Assembly (NCBI RefSeq): GCF_988243305.1
Contig: NZ_OZ547136.1
Length of the DNA stretch: 64,000 nucleotides
Reading direction: 5' to 3' (one strand)
A program made the translations under genes and the position numbers. Of this stretch, positions 15,574 to 28,678 are shown in pieces (within the stretch, counting starts at the first letter, position 1; every line of letters begins with the position of its first letter). The notes under the pieces are model-generated. The model was not told where the DNA came from. It worked only from the letters and a program-made list of their open reading frames with translations, and made no database searches.

Positions 15574-16703
15574 GCAACGGCATTGTGATCATTGGTTCGG
15601 GCTTCGCCGCCCGCCAACTGGTGAAAAATATTCGCAAACAGGACGCCAGTATTCCATTAACTCTGATTGCCGCCGACAGCATGGATGAGTACAACAAACC
15701 GGATCTCAGCCATGTTATCAGCCAGGGGCAACGTGCCGATGACCTTACCCGCCAGACGGCGGGTGAATTTGCCGAGAAGTTTAATCTGCACCTGTTTCCG
15801 CACACCTGGGTGACGGATATCGATGCCGAAGCCCATGTGGTGAAAAGTCAGAATAATCAGTGGCAATACGACAAGTTAGTGCTGGCAACCGGAGCCAGCG
15901 CCTTTGTCCCGCCAGTGCCTGGGCGTGAGTTAATGCTGACGTTAAATAGTCAGCAAGAGTATCGCGCCTGTGAAACGCAACTGCGGGATGCCCGACGCGT
16001 GTTGATTGTTGGCGGTGGCTTGATTGGTAGCGAACTGGCGATGGATTTTTGTCGTGCAGGCAAAGCGGTCACGCTAATCGACAACGCTGCCAGTATTCTG
16101 GCGTCGTTAATGCCACCGGAAGTAAGCAGCCGCTTGCAGCATCGGTTGACGGAGATGGGCGTTCATCTGCTGTTGAAATCTCAGTTGCAGGGGCTGGAAA
16201 AAACGGATTCTGGCATTCTGGCAACGCTGGACCGCCAGCGCAGCATCGAAGTGGATGCGGTAATTGCCGCCACCGGGCTGCGCCCGGAAACCGCCCTGGC
16301 ACGACGCGCCGGGCTGACGATTAATCGCGGCGTTTGCGTCGATAGTTATCTGCAAACCAGTAATGCCGATATTTATGCGCTGGGCGATTGCGCGGAAATT
16401 AACGGTCAGGTATTGCCGTTCCTCCAGCCGATTCAACTTAGCGCGATGGTGCTGGCAAAAAATCTTCTCGGCAATAACACGCCGCTGAAACTCCCTGCGA
16501 TGCTGGTGAAAATCAAAACGCCGGAATTACCGCTGCATCTGGCAGGCGAAACCCAGCGTCAGGATTTACGCTGGCAAATTAATACCGAACACCAGGGAAT
16601 GGTGGCGCGCGGTGTTGATGATGCTGACCAGCTTCGCGCCTTTGTGGTCAGTGAGGATCGGATGAAAGAGGCGTTTGGATTGTTGAAAACGTTGCCGGTA
16701 TAG
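15570..16703 (+). CDS. norW: NADH:flavorubredoxin reductase
   Basis: 377 aa FAD/NAD(P)-binding oxidoreductase (GSGFAA, GGGLIG), translationally coupled to norV. Confidence 0.95.
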   Translation: MSNGIVIIGSGFAARQLVKNIRKQDASIPLTLIAADSMDEYNKPDLSHVISQGQRADDLTRQTAGEFAEKFNLHLFPHTWVTDIDAEAHVVKSQNNQWQYDKLVLATGASAFVPPVPGRELMLTLNSQQEYRACETQLRDARRVLIVGGGLIGSELAMDFCRAGKAVTLIDNAASILASLMPPEVSSRLQHRLTEMGVHLLLKSQLQGLEKTDSGILATLDRQRSIEVDAVIAATGLRPETALARRAGLTINRGVCVDSYLQTSNADIYALGDCAEINGQVLPFLQPIQLSAMVLAKNLLGNNTPLKLPAMLVKIKTPELPLHLAGETQRQDLRWQINTEHQGMVARGVDDADQLRAFVVSEDRMKEAFGLLKTLPV

Positions 16704-16715
16704 GCATGTTTTTCT

Positions 16716-16756
16716 CCCTCGCCCAAAGGGCGAGGGGACTGTCCGCGCTCTTTTTA
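16716..16756 (+). terminator. Hairpin (CCCTCGCCC aaa GGGCGAGGG) with T-run after norW
   Basis: Perfect 9-bp stem; T-tract about 12 nt downstream. Confidence 0.5.
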
Positions 16757-16780
16757 CGCTTAGTTACGCCACATCCGCCA

Positions 16781-19021
16781 CTATGCAGCATGCAGGATGC
16801 GCGCCGCAGCAATAACCCCCTGCCCCAGAGACAAGCCGCCATCACCCGCCGGTAAACTCTGCGGAAAGAGTAATGTGAAATCAGCGAGATAATGCGCCAG
16901 GCGTGTACGCAGCAATCGGTTATGAATAACCCCACCGCTAAATACCAGCGTAGTGATACCGCGCATCGTGGCCTGCTCACGCATCAACGCGGCAAAACCC
17001 TGCGCCAGCGCATCATGAAACGCCCACGCGCGTTGATTAACCGGTGCCAGCCAGTTCAGCCACTGCTGCCAGAAAGTGGCGAGATCCAGTTGATTGTCCA
17101 CCAGCGGTATCGTCACCGGATGCGTCACTCCGTCGCATGAAGCTGCTAGCGCCTCCAGAGCACAAGCCGCTTCACCTTCATAGCTTAACGTGGCTGGCGC
17201 ACAGCCCAGTGCCGCCGCCACAGCATCGAACAAACGTCCACACGATGATGCCAGCGGCGCGTTAATTCCACGCTCAATGGCCCGCGCCAGCACGCTCCAG
17301 TTTTGCTGTTGCACACTTGCCGTTTCAGGGTAATTCTGCCACTCCGGCACAAAGCGCAGGCACTGCGCCAGCAGGTTACGCCACGGCTGCTTCGCCGCCA
17401 AATCGCCCCCCGGAAGCGCCACTGCAGGCAAGCCGCCCAGGTGCTGGCATTCGCGATAGTTCACCCGCAGGCACTCGCCGCCCCATAAAGCGCCGTTCTC
17501 CCCCATACCGATACCGTCGAGCGTCAACGCAATGACATCACCGCCATCCAGTGGCCAGTGATGTTCTGCCAGACACGCCGCCGCATGAGCATGATGATGC
17601 AGCACCGTTTGCGTCGGCAGATTCATTTCGCGCGCCCACTGGCTGGAGACATAGCCCGGATGTGCGTCATGCACAACGTATTGCGGGGTAAAATCGTAGA
17701 TGTTTTGCATCAGGCGTAACGCTTCGCGCCACTGCATCTGGATGCCATCGTCACTTAAATCGCCCAGATGCTGACTCAACACTGCTTGTTCACCGCGCAC
17801 CAGGCAGAAGGTATTTTTCAGATCCGCGCCGAGACACAGCACAGGCGGAACATTTTTAAAGCCCGGAGGCAAAGCCAGCGCATCCGGCACATACCCCCGC
17901 GAACGGCGCAGCATTTCGCCGCTTTCACGCACCACCGAATCATCCATCCGCTGCACGATGTCGCGGTTATGTATCAAGAATCCGTCGGCAATGCCCTGCA
18001 AATCCGCCAGCGCCTGTTCGTTGCTGATAGCCGGTGGTTTACCGCTCAGGTTACCGGAGGTCATCACCAGCGGGCATTGCAGTTCCTGTAACAGCAAATG
18101 CTGGAGCGGGTTCGCAGGCAACATTACCCCGACTTCGTTAAGGCCAGGGGCGATATCATCACAAAGCTCAGGTACATATTTTTTATCCACCAGCACAATC
18201 GGCGCGGCGGGCGTGGTAAGCAACTGGCGCGTAGCGTCTGGTAAACCGTCAGCCACTGGCAACATGACCGCCAGCGGTTTCGCCGGGCGATGTTTGCGCG
18301 CCCGAAGTGTCGCCACCGCGTTACTGTTACGTGCATCGCAGGCAAGATGAAATCCGCCAATCCCTTTGATGGCGACAATGTTGCCCATTTTTAACTGTGC
18401 GATAGCTGCCTGTAATGCCGCCTCTTGTTCCGCATGTTCATCATGACTTACCCATTCAAGATGGGGGCCACACTCCGGGCAGGCCACCGGCTGGGCGTGG
18501 AAGCGACGATCGAGCGGGTCGCGATATTCTTTGTCACAGGCCGGACACAGCGGAAACGCCGCCATCACGGTAAACGGGCGGTCGTAAGGCATCGCGCGAA
18601 TAATGGTGAAACGTGGGCCGCAGTGGGTACAGTTGATAAACGGATAACGATAACGCCGCTCGCCCGGGGTATTCATTTCAGCAAGACAGGCAGGACAAGT
18701 CGCGGCATCGGGAACAATTTGCGTATTCATGACTCCGCCTGTGCTCTGACGGATAGTGAACTCGGTGGGCAGTTGTGACCAGATAAACGGCTCACGCTCG
18801 ACGCTATCAATACGCGCCAGCGGCGGGCAGTGCTGATGCAACTGCACAAGAAACGTTTCCGGGTCTTCCAGCAGCCGGACTTCCACTCCATCGCCGTCAT
18901 TACAGACATCGCCGTGAAGATTTAATTGCTGTGCCAGCTGCCAGACAAACGGACGAAAACCGACGCCCTGCACTTTGCCACGAATACGCAGTTGGACACC
19001 GCAAGATGTGTTTTTTGCCAT
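16781..19021 (-). CDS. hypF: Carbamoyltransferase HypF ([NiFe]-hydrogenase maturation)
   Basis: Start trimmed to [25 protein letters not shown] (acylphosphatase domain), followed by Zn-finger CxxC pairs, YrdC and Kae1-like domains. Confidence 0.95.
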   Translation of the reverse strand: MAKNTSCGVQLRIRGKVQGVGFRPFVWQLAQQLNLHGDVCNDGDGVEVRLLEDPETFLVQLHQHCPPLARIDSVEREPFIWSQLPTEFTIRQSTGGVMNTQIVPDAATCPACLAEMNTPGERRYRYPFINCTHCGPRFTIIRAMPYDRPFTVMAAFPLCPACDKEYRDPLDRRFHAQPVACPECGPHLEWVSHDEHAEQEAALQAAIAQLKMGNIVAIKGIGGFHLACDARNSNAVATLRARKHRPAKPLAVMLPVADGLPDATRQLLTTPAAPIVLVDKKYVPELCDDIAPGLNEVGVMLPANPLQHLLLQELQCPLVMTSGNLSGKPPAISNEQALADLQGIADGFLIHNRDIVQRMDDSVVRESGEMLRRSRGYVPDALALPPGFKNVPPVLCLGADLKNTFCLVRGEQAVLSQHLGDLSDDGIQMQWREALRLMQNIYDFTPQYVVHDAHPGYVSSQWAREMNLPTQTVLHHHAHAAACLAEHHWPLDGGDVIALTLDGIGMGENGALWGGECLRVNYRECQHLGGLPAVALPGGDLAAKQPWRNLLAQCLRFVPEWQNYPETASVQQQNWSVLARAIERGINAPLASSCGRLFDAVAAALGCAPATLSYEGEAACALEALAASCDGVTHPVTIPLVDNQLDLATFWQQWLNWLAPVNQRAWAFHDALAQGFAALMREQATMRGITTLVFSGGVIHNRLLRTRLAHYLADFTLLFPQSLPAGDGGLSLGQGVIAAARILHAA

Positions 19022-19173
19022 TGAGTTATTCCCGCCATCATGAATTGCGTAACCCGCCCAGCCGGACACGACAGCGTCGTATCCGGCAATCACAGGTCGG
19101 CGATACCGCCCGCTCCGTATTCTACGAATATTTCCGGGAATTCCTTTGATGCCAGAACAGTTCAGTAAGATTT

Positions 19174-19701
19174 TTAGAACATCAGCGCCGTACGGCGACG
19201 TTTTTCTGCGCTCAGTTGTTCAAGTTTATTACGATCGACACAAATCAGCGCATGAGTCGGGCAAGCCGCCATACACGCCGGGCCGTCTTCACGATGGTTG
19301 CACAGGTCACATTTATTGGCTTCGGCTTTGTCAGCCCGTACATTCAGCCCCGCGCCGCTGTTGCGAATCACCGGACGTACCACCACTTCCATCGCGCCAT
19401 ACGGGCAAGCCACAACGCAGGTTTTGCAACCAATGCAACGTTCCTGCATCACATGAACAAACCCTTTATCACGGCTGATAGCACCATTCGGGCAGACGTT
19501 AGCGCACGGTGCATCTTCACACTGACGGCAGACGGTCGCCGTAGAAATGTTCACACCTTTAATGACATGGATACGCGGTAAAAATGTTTCCGGGGTCAGC
19601 GATGCACAGTCCTGATTTTCCTGATGAGAAACCACGCACGCCACTTCACAGGTACGGCAACCAATACATTTACTCGCGTCAGCAATGATGAAACGGTTCA
19701 T
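19174..19701 (-). CDS. hydN: Ferredoxin-like electron transport protein HydN (4x[4Fe-4S])
   Basis: Start trimmed to [22 protein letters not shown]; several CxxCxxCxxxCP motifs. Confidence 0.93.
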   Translation of the reverse strand: MNRFIIADASKCIGCRTCEVACVVSHQENQDCASLTPETFLPRIHVIKGVNISTATVCRQCEDAPCANVCPNGAISRDKGFVHVMQERCIGCKTCVVACPYGAMEVVVRPVIRNSGAGLNVRADKAEANKCDLCNHREDGPACMAACPTHALICVDRNKLEQLSAEKRRRTALMF

Positions 19702-19849
19702 CAAATTCTCCAGCAATGACAGTTAATGCGCCGATACATTCACAAATCATGCCAGTTTTTAATTTACTGTTATTTAAGGAAATTAAATTCTGTAATGCAG
19801 GAAAAACGATGTCATCGACACTAGTGACGATGACATGTGATGACAATGT

Positions 19850-20860
19850 TTATTGCGAAAGAGCAATGAGGGAGCCGCGGCGGATCAGTTTTCCGCTGAA
19901 GGTTTTCGGCGGTGAGAAATCCCCACCATCGAGCATAAAAATCAGCCGTCCAATAATTTCCTGAATCATCTCAGTCACCGGAATTTTTACGCTGGAGAGC
20001 GCCGGAACGATATAGGGGGCAATGGCGATATCATCGAATCCGATAACTGACACCTGCTCTGGCACCGCTACGCCGCGCTCGTGTAACGCTTTCATCGCAC
20101 CTATCGCCATATCGTCGTTACTGGCAACTAACGCGCTAAATTTAGCCCCACGTTCGAGCAACGTTTCTACCCCTTCGGCCCCGCTGGCGGGCGTCCATTT
20201 ACCGTTAGCGATAAGTTTTTCATTGAGCGCAATACCATGCTGCGACAGCGCGTCTTTATACCCGGCAAGACGTTCAATGCTGGTGGGGGAATCCATCGAG
20301 CCGGTAAGGAAAGCAATCTCCTGATGCCCGGCGTTTATCAACTCTGCCACGGCGTTAAAGCTGGTCTGTTTATGATCGCACCAGACGCTATGGCTGCTAT
20401 TTTTGCGCAGGCGGCGATTAAGCACCATTATCGGCTGACTGTGTGCGTCAATGATGTCATCAATCTCATCCACACTTAAAAAACGCGGGTAAATCATAAT
20501 GGCGTCGCAGCGCAAATCCAGCAGATACTGAATCGCCTGGCGCTCTTCTTCGGCGCTGTGTTTACCATCTGCCAATAGCAACTGCCGCCCTTTCTCTTCC
20601 GCCATTCGCGCGGCATGAAACAGTAATTCACTAAAATAAATGCCGTGGTAAAGTGTGTTGGTCACGACCAGCCCCAGCGTCTGAGTACTCTTCGCCGACA
20701 GATTGCGCGCCAGCAAGTTTGGACGGTAACCGCTCTCTTCTACCGCCTGAAACACGCGATCTTTAGTCTCCTGGCTGACGTAGCCATTACCTGAAAGCAC
20801 GCGGGAAACGGTCGCTTTTGAAACCCCGGCGCGCTTCGCCACTTCCAGCATCGTCGTCAT
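19850..20860 (-). CDS. ascG: LacI/GalR-family repressor of the asc operon
   Basis: Start trimmed to MTTMLEVAKRAGVSKATVSRVL (HTH), with periplasmic-binding-protein-like core. Confidence 0.93.
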   Translation of the reverse strand: MTTMLEVAKRAGVSKATVSRVLSGNGYVSQETKDRVFQAVEESGYRPNLLARNLSAKSTQTLGLVVTNTLYHGIYFSELLFHAARMAEEKGRQLLLADGKHSAEEERQAIQYLLDLRCDAIMIYPRFLSVDEIDDIIDAHSQPIMVLNRRLRKNSSHSVWCDHKQTSFNAVAELINAGHQEIAFLTGSMDSPTSIERLAGYKDALSQHGIALNEKLIANGKWTPASGAEGVETLLERGAKFSALVASNDDMAIGAMKALHERGVAVPEQVSVIGFDDIAIAPYIVPALSSVKIPVTEMIQEIIGRLIFMLDGGDFSPPKTFSGKLIRRGSLIALSQ

Positions 20861-20946
20861 CATTTTCATCCCTTTACACGTAATCAACGCAGTGTACTGC
20901 ACCGTTTGCCGATTGTCCTTGCGCAATCGGCGGGAAAAATATTCAG

Positions 20947-20960
20947 GTGACCGGTTTCAC
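20947..20960 (+). promoter_or_regulatory. Putative AscG operator 1 (GTGACCGGTTTCAC)
   Basis: Imperfect palindrome centred on CCGG in the ascG-ascF divergent region. Confidence 0.6.
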
Positions 20961-21020
20961 AAATATAAAAAATGAACAATTAACTCTCTTGCTTATTTAG
21001 TGACAACTATTCATGATTTT

Positions 21021-21035
21021 GTGAAACCGGTTTCC
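21021..21035 (+). promoter_or_regulatory. Putative AscG operator 2 (GTGAAACCGGTTTCC)
   Basis: Contains the perfect 12-bp palindrome GAAACCGGTTTC; second copy of the same motif about 74 bp from operator 1. Confidence 0.65.
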
Positions 21036-21119
21036 TAATTCCGTTTCAGCATCGGCATTTTTCCGTCACGTCGACTGATAACAACTACATCTACCCTACT
21101 GATAACAGGATAAAATCCG

Positions 21120-24010
<2,891 letters not shown>

Positions 24011-24018
24011 GTAACCGT

Positions 24019-24085
24019 GCCGGATGCGGCGTGAACGCCTTATCCGGCCTACAAGGCCCGATAAGCGTTGCGCATCGGGCAATCT
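24019..24085 (+). repeat. BIME / REP pair (GCCGGATGCGGCGTGAACGCCTTATCCGGCCTAC plus inverted partner)
   Basis: Canonical REP sequence and a second palindromic unit immediately after the ascB stop. Confidence 0.85.
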
Positions 24086-24107
24086 GGGGTTTGGCATCAG
24101 TCAAAAA

Positions 24108-24527
24108 TCAAAGAAACCATTCCGGCTTAACGCCAAATCGGGCTGAAAGTGCCTTAATGTGGGATATCGTCAGGGATCGTTGTCCAGATAAAATCTGACT
24201 GACCAGGGATTTAGAGCCGATTTCGTTCTTCAAATCCGCATAGGTCAGATTATGTTGATCAATCAGCGTACGAAGTAACGCCACGCCAACCGGCATTGCT
24301 GCAACGGCTTTGTCGAACTCTGCAAACTTTTCGTTATTGTTTTCATATTCTGCAATGCGGCTCGCCAGAAAGTCGATAAGTGGATTGGTGTCATCTTCTT
24401 CAATCAAATATTCGACCAGTTCCAGTGCTTCACGATAATCATCTTCTGAGTCACTGCCTCCCAGAAAGGGGACTGCATTGACCAGTTCTCTTGTTGCTTT
24501 AACAGCGCGTGCAGCATTAGCAGTCAT
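24108..24527 (-). CDS. HigA-family antitoxin-like protein (C-terminal XRE-type HTH)
   Basis: 162-aa ORF; likely start at MTANAARAVKATRELVNAVPFLGG (about 139 aa). Its layout parallels K-12 HigA/YgjM as I recall it (AVAPFLAG ... ALELV ... IGSKS.VS..LSG.R.LT..H...L..RFG). No HigB-sized partner fits upstream. Confidence 0.6.
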   Translation of the reverse strand: MTANAARAVKATRELVNAVPFLGGSDSEDDYREALELVEYLIEEDDTNPLIDFLASRIAEYENNNEKFAEFDKAVAAMPVGVALLRTLIDQHNLTYADLKNEIGSKSLVSQILSGQRSLTISHIKALSARFGVKPEWFL

Positions 24528-24762
24528 TCTTTGTTCTCTCTGTAGTAACGTGTCAGACGCCCACTTTTCTAAAATGCCAGGTTTGCTCGGCATCATAAGG
24601 CATGGTCAGGAGAGGTTTCAGCGCCCGCTTTTGCGCGTATTCGCTGTCACTCATTGGCAGATATTCGGTAAAGCTGGTGGCCTGTGCAGGCAGCACAAAG
24701 CAAAATAAAAAAGCGCACATCCCTGTTCTGATTTTCAATTCCCTGAATTCCTTACTGAAAAA

Positions 24763-25233
24763 CTACTCTTCTTCCACCGCTAGCTGCGCAAATCCACCGT
24801 TCCCTTCCCAGCCTTCCAGCCGTTGATAAACGGTTTCTACCGCGTCTTTAATCGGCTGGGTCATCGGGTAGTAAAAGCCGACGATATCCGGCTGGATGCC
24901 GAGGAAAATCACTTCGCCAATGTCTTCTTTTAACTGGTCGATAAGGTAGTTCAGCGGCATGTTATGGGTAGTCATCATAAACATCTCGGCGATGTCATCC
25001 GGGTCGATGATGCGGATCTCGCCGGGGTTTAGCCCCATATCCGTGGCGTCGACAATCAGCAGTCGCGTAGGGCGCAGTTCACGGATGGCGACGATGTCGT
25101 TTTCCGGTGCGCTACCGCCGTCAATCACCACCCAGTGACCTTTCGGCGCGGCGGCGCACTTTTCCGCCAGCAGCGGACCTGCGCCATCATCGCCCATCAT
25201 GCTATTGCCAACACAGAGTAAAACGTCAGTCAC
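24763..25233 (-). CDS. hycI: Hydrogenase 3 maturation endopeptidase HycI
   Basis: 156 aa recognised as HycI ([20 protein letters not shown]). Confidence 0.95.
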   Translation of the reverse strand: MTDVLLCVGNSMMGDDGAGPLLAEKCAAAPKGHWVVIDGGSAPENDIVAIRELRPTRLLIVDATDMGLNPGEIRIIDPDDIAEMFMMTTHNMPLNYLIDQLKEDIGEVIFLGIQPDIVGFYYPMTQPIKDAVETVYQRLEGWEGNGGFAQLAVEEE

Positions 25234-25636
25234 GCAATCTCCTCACCATCAAATAGATGGCGTTTTCCTGATGAATATCATGCAACATACTTAACAGCAT
25301 TGTACTCCATTCTTTCTGCTGCGAAGTTTGCGCTGCCCGGGCTTTATCGAATGCGTTGGCCAACATCGGCACATGGTTAATGTCGATGACGATCTCACCA
25401 TATTTCGGCACGCCTTCCATTTTGCGGCGGGCTTCGCTGCCCGCCTCCAGAGTGGCAATCCATGCCAGATATTCATCCCACGGACAGGTGAGCGCCGCTT
25501 CCAGGCAATCGATAACCCCAAGGTGGTGACCAATCGCCAGGCTGTAATAGACCACCTGCTGCGCCTCGGCGGGCGTGGCATCGTTCTCATCAATAAATTT
25601 ACGGCTCAGTTGACTGAACACCACCTTTTCGCTCAT
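25226..25636 (-). CDS. hycH: Formate hydrogenlyase assembly protein HycH
   Basis: 136 aa recognised as HycH. Confidence 0.93.
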   Translation of the reverse strand: MSEKVVFSQLSRKFIDENDATPAEAQQVVYYSLAIGHHLGVIDCLEAALTCPWDEYLAWIATLEAGSEARRKMEGVPKYGEIVIDINHVPMLANAFDKARAAQTSQQKEWSTMLLSMLHDIHQENAIYLMVRRLRD

Positions 25637-26400
25637 CGGATACGCGCCTCTTCAACAACATGATTCAGATGGCTGACAATCTCGTTCAGACGCGGATCGT
25701 TTTCCGCTTCCAGCCAGCGAGCAACCTGCTCTTCGCCCTGCCCTAACTGTGTCAGGAAGTCATCGGCAATCTGACGACCGTAACGATAACCTGCCAGGCG
25801 GCGTGCTTCGCGATCTACTTTCACACGCAGCGGCTGCACCATATCGCCATGCAGGATCTCCGCCGGTTGTTCATCCTGCTCACCCGGCCCACGGGCGTGA
25901 ATTTTCTGCTCCAGCAGGCCGAGCGCCATTGCAAAGCCGTACAGCGTGGCGGCAGGCGTTGGCGGGCAGCCAGGGATATAAACATCCACCGGGACGATTT
26001 TATCCGTACCGCCCCACACGCAGTAGAGATCGTGGAAGATCCCGCCGCTGTTACCGCAGGCACCGTAGGAGATACAAATTTTCGGGTCCGGCGCGGACTG
26101 CCACGCACGCAGCGCAGGGGATCGCATTGCACGGGTGACCGCGCCGGTAAACAGTAAAATATCCGCATGACGCGGTGAAGGAACGACTTTAATGCCGAAG
26201 CGTTCTGCATCAAACAGCGGCGAAAGCGTGGCAAAAATTTCGATTTCGCAGCCGTTGCAGCCGCCGCAGTCCACGCGGTAAACGTAGGCAGAACGTTTGA
26301 TTTTTTTCAGTAACGACGCCTTCATGCTGGCGATGGATTCATCCACCGTCATCGGGACCGGAATGCCGTTGGCGTCACGGGGGCCTAATAAATTGCTCAT
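25633..26400 (-). CDS. hycG: FHL complex [NiFe] hydrogenase small subunit (NuoB-like)
   Basis: 255 aa recognised as HycG, with Fe-S cysteine motifs. Confidence 0.95.
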   Translation of the reverse strand: MSNLLGPRDANGIPVPMTVDESIASMKASLLKKIKRSAYVYRVDCGGCNGCEIEIFATLSPLFDAERFGIKVVPSPRHADILLFTGAVTRAMRSPALRAWQSAPDPKICISYGACGNSGGIFHDLYCVWGGTDKIVPVDVYIPGCPPTPAATLYGFAMALGLLEQKIHARGPGEQDEQPAEILHGDMVQPLRVKVDREARRLAGYRYGRQIADDFLTQLGQGEEQVARWLEAENDPRLNEIVSHLNHVVEEARIR

Positions 26401-26942
26401 CAGATGGCCTCTTTCATATGGCGAGTCAGTTCAATACGGTCGGACGGCACCAGGCATTTCTGGCGCTTACATTCCGGGCAAGTCTCAAAGCTTTCGCGGT
26501 GGGTTTCCGCGCGGCTGTCACCATTGTGCTTAAGCAGCGCAATGGCGTAGTCGATCTCTTTCTGAACGGCAAAAGGACGATTGCAGACGCGGCAGTTGCA
26601 CAGCGCGAAACGGGACTGTTGCAGGAAGTCTTCTTTCTTCCACACCGCCAGTTCGTACTCTTGCGACAGTTTGATCGCCGCCGTCGGGCAAACTTCTTCG
26701 CAGCGTCCACAGAAGATGCAGCGCCCGAGATTAAACTCCCAGGCAAGCTCTCCTGTGGCGAGGTCAGTTTCAACCGTTAAGGCGTTTGACGGGCAGGCAT
26801 TGACGCAGGCCGCGCAGCCGATGCACTGCTGCGGGTTCTGCTCTGGCTTACCACGGAAGTTTTTATCAACCGCAATCGGCTCCAGCGGATAAGACGAGGT
26901 CGCCGTGCCGGTTTTGATGACTTTTTTGATAAAGGTAAACAT
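26400..26942 (-). CDS. hycF: FHL complex iron-sulfur subunit (2x[4Fe-4S])
   Basis: 180 aa with [12 protein letters not shown] and [12 protein letters not shown] ferredoxin motifs. Confidence 0.95.
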   Translation of the reverse strand: MFTFIKKVIKTGTATSSYPLEPIAVDKNFRGKPEQNPQQCIGCAACVNACPSNALTVETDLATGELAWEFNLGRCIFCGRCEEVCPTAAIKLSQEYELAVWKKEDFLQQSRFALCNCRVCNRPFAVQKEIDYAIALLKHNGDSRAETHRESFETCPECKRQKCLVPSDRIELTRHMKEAI

Positions 26943-26951
26943 GGCGATTCC

Positions 26952-28661
26952 TTATTTCAGCGGCGAGTTTTTACGCTCAATGCTGTAGCGCTCGAGTTCT
27001 TTGTACGGCACCACTTTGCTCTTTTTCTTACGCACATCGACCACGGTCATGCGGTCGGTACAGGAGTAGCAAGGGTCCAGGCTACCGATAATCAGCGGCG
27101 CATCGGAAACGGTGTTGCCGCGCAGCATGTAGCGCAGGGTCGGCCAGTTCGCGTAGGTCGCCGCACGGCAGCGCCAGCGGTACAGCTTCTGGTTGTCGCC
27201 GGTCATGCTCCAGTGGATATCGTCGCCGCGCGGCGCTTCGGCAAAGCCCAGCGCGAAACGGTGCGGAATGTAGGTAAAGCCTTCCACCATCAGCGGGCCG
27301 CCCGGCAAGTTATCCAGACCGTAATCGATCATATTCAGCGCGGTATAGACTTCGTTGATACGCACTTTCAGACGGGAAATAACGTCGCAGCCCTGCTCGC
27401 TGTGGACTTCCATTGGCAGCAGGCCATAACCAACAAACGGGTGATCGGCACGGGTATCACGGGCGTGACCGCTGGCACGGACCATCGGGCCAACGTTACT
27501 GAAGTCGCGGGCAATTTCCGGGTCCAGACGACCAATGCCGACGGTGCGCTGTTCCATGTTCGGTGTGCTCAGCAGCACATCCACCAGCTCCTGCACTTCA
27601 CGACGCATCTGTTGTGCCAGCTGGCGGGTCTGGATCATGTCGTCTTTCAGCAGATCGCGACGAATCCCGCCGATCAGGTTCAGGCCGTAGGTTTTACGTG
27701 CACCGGTAAGGATCTCTGCCATTTTCATGGAGGTTTCACGCACGCGGAAGAACTGCATAAAGCCGGAGTCGAAGCCGGTAAAGTGACAGGCGAGGCCGAG
27801 GTTGAGCAGATGCGAGTGCAGGCGTTCTACCTCCAGCAGAATGGCGCGGATCATCTGCGCACGTTCTGGCACCTGAATACCCATCGCGTTTTCCACCGAC
27901 GTGGTGTAGGCGGTGCTGTGAGCAAAGCCGCAGATCCCGCACACACGGTCAGAGAGGAAGGTCACTTCGTTGTAACCCATGCGGGTTTCCGCCAGTTTTT
28001 CCATGCCGCGATGGACATAGAACAGGCGGTAGTCGGCGTCGATAATGTTTTCGCCATCGACGAACAGACGGAAGTGACCCGGTTCGTCGGAAGTGACGTG
28101 CAGCGGACCAATCGGCACGACATTGTTTTTCTTGTCGCCCAGTTCGTTGATGAACTCGTAGGTTTCAGCATCGGTAGTCGGTGCCGGACGCTGACGATAA
28201 TCCATGCTGTCTTTACGCAGCGGATAAAGTTCATCCGGCCAGTCATCCGGCAGCACCAGACGGCGTTCATCTGGCAGACCAACCGGAATCAAACCGTACA
28301 TATCGCGCACTTCGCGCTCGCCCCACACCGCCGCCGGAACGCGCGGTGTCACGGACGGATATTCCGGTTTGTTGGCGTCAACTTCGACGCGAACCGTGAT
28401 CCAGCACTTAGTGCCCTTCTCCATCGACAGCACGTAATAAACGGCGTAATGACCATTCAGTTTGCGTTCGTCGTTACCAAACAGCACCGACAGCCAGCCA
28501 CCCTGCTTGTAATAGAGAAACTCCACTACTTCCGGCAGATAGTTCACCTTTACGGTGACAGTCAGCTGATCTTTGGTCTGCCAGGCGTGGTCCAGCACGA
28601 CGCCCGGAAATGCCTCATTCAGCGCGGCGAGATAATGTTGACCTAATTTTTCTTCAGACAT
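26952..28661 (-). CDS. hycE: Hydrogenase 3 large subunit
   Basis: Start trimmed to MSEEKLGQHY; NuoC/NuoD-like fusion with C-terminal DPCxSC Ni-binding motif. Confidence 0.96.
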   Translation of the reverse strand: MSEEKLGQHYLAALNEAFPGVVLDHAWQTKDQLTVTVKVNYLPEVVEFLYYKQGGWLSVLFGNDERKLNGHYAVYYVLSMEKGTKCWITVRVEVDANKPEYPSVTPRVPAAVWGEREVRDMYGLIPVGLPDERRLVLPDDWPDELYPLRKDSMDYRQRPAPTTDAETYEFINELGDKKNNVVPIGPLHVTSDEPGHFRLFVDGENIIDADYRLFYVHRGMEKLAETRMGYNEVTFLSDRVCGICGFAHSTAYTTSVENAMGIQVPERAQMIRAILLEVERLHSHLLNLGLACHFTGFDSGFMQFFRVRETSMKMAEILTGARKTYGLNLIGGIRRDLLKDDMIQTRQLAQQMRREVQELVDVLLSTPNMEQRTVGIGRLDPEIARDFSNVGPMVRASGHARDTRADHPFVGYGLLPMEVHSEQGCDVISRLKVRINEVYTALNMIDYGLDNLPGGPLMVEGFTYIPHRFALGFAEAPRGDDIHWSMTGDNQKLYRWRCRAATYANWPTLRYMLRGNTVSDAPLIIGSLDPCYSCTDRMTVVDVRKKKSKVVPYKELERYSIERKNSPLK

Positions 28662-28678
28662 GCTCAAACTCTCTTTAA

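Noticed and set aside
19702-19849. Possible sigma-54 promoter upstream of hydN (TGGCATGATTTGTGA on the minus strand)
   Set aside because: Spacing between the GG and the -12 element does not fit the GG-N10-GC rule, so it is not reported as a feature.
24553-24738. Small upstream ORF as a HigB toxin
   Set aside because: The peptide has no resemblance to RelE/HigB toxins that I can recognise and starts with a secretion-signal-like segment; kept only as a low-confidence observation.
27213-28646. 477-aa plus-strand ORF
   Set aside because: Antisense to hycE, with an His/Gln/Val-rich translation typical of the reverse frame of a GC-rich gene; not a gene.
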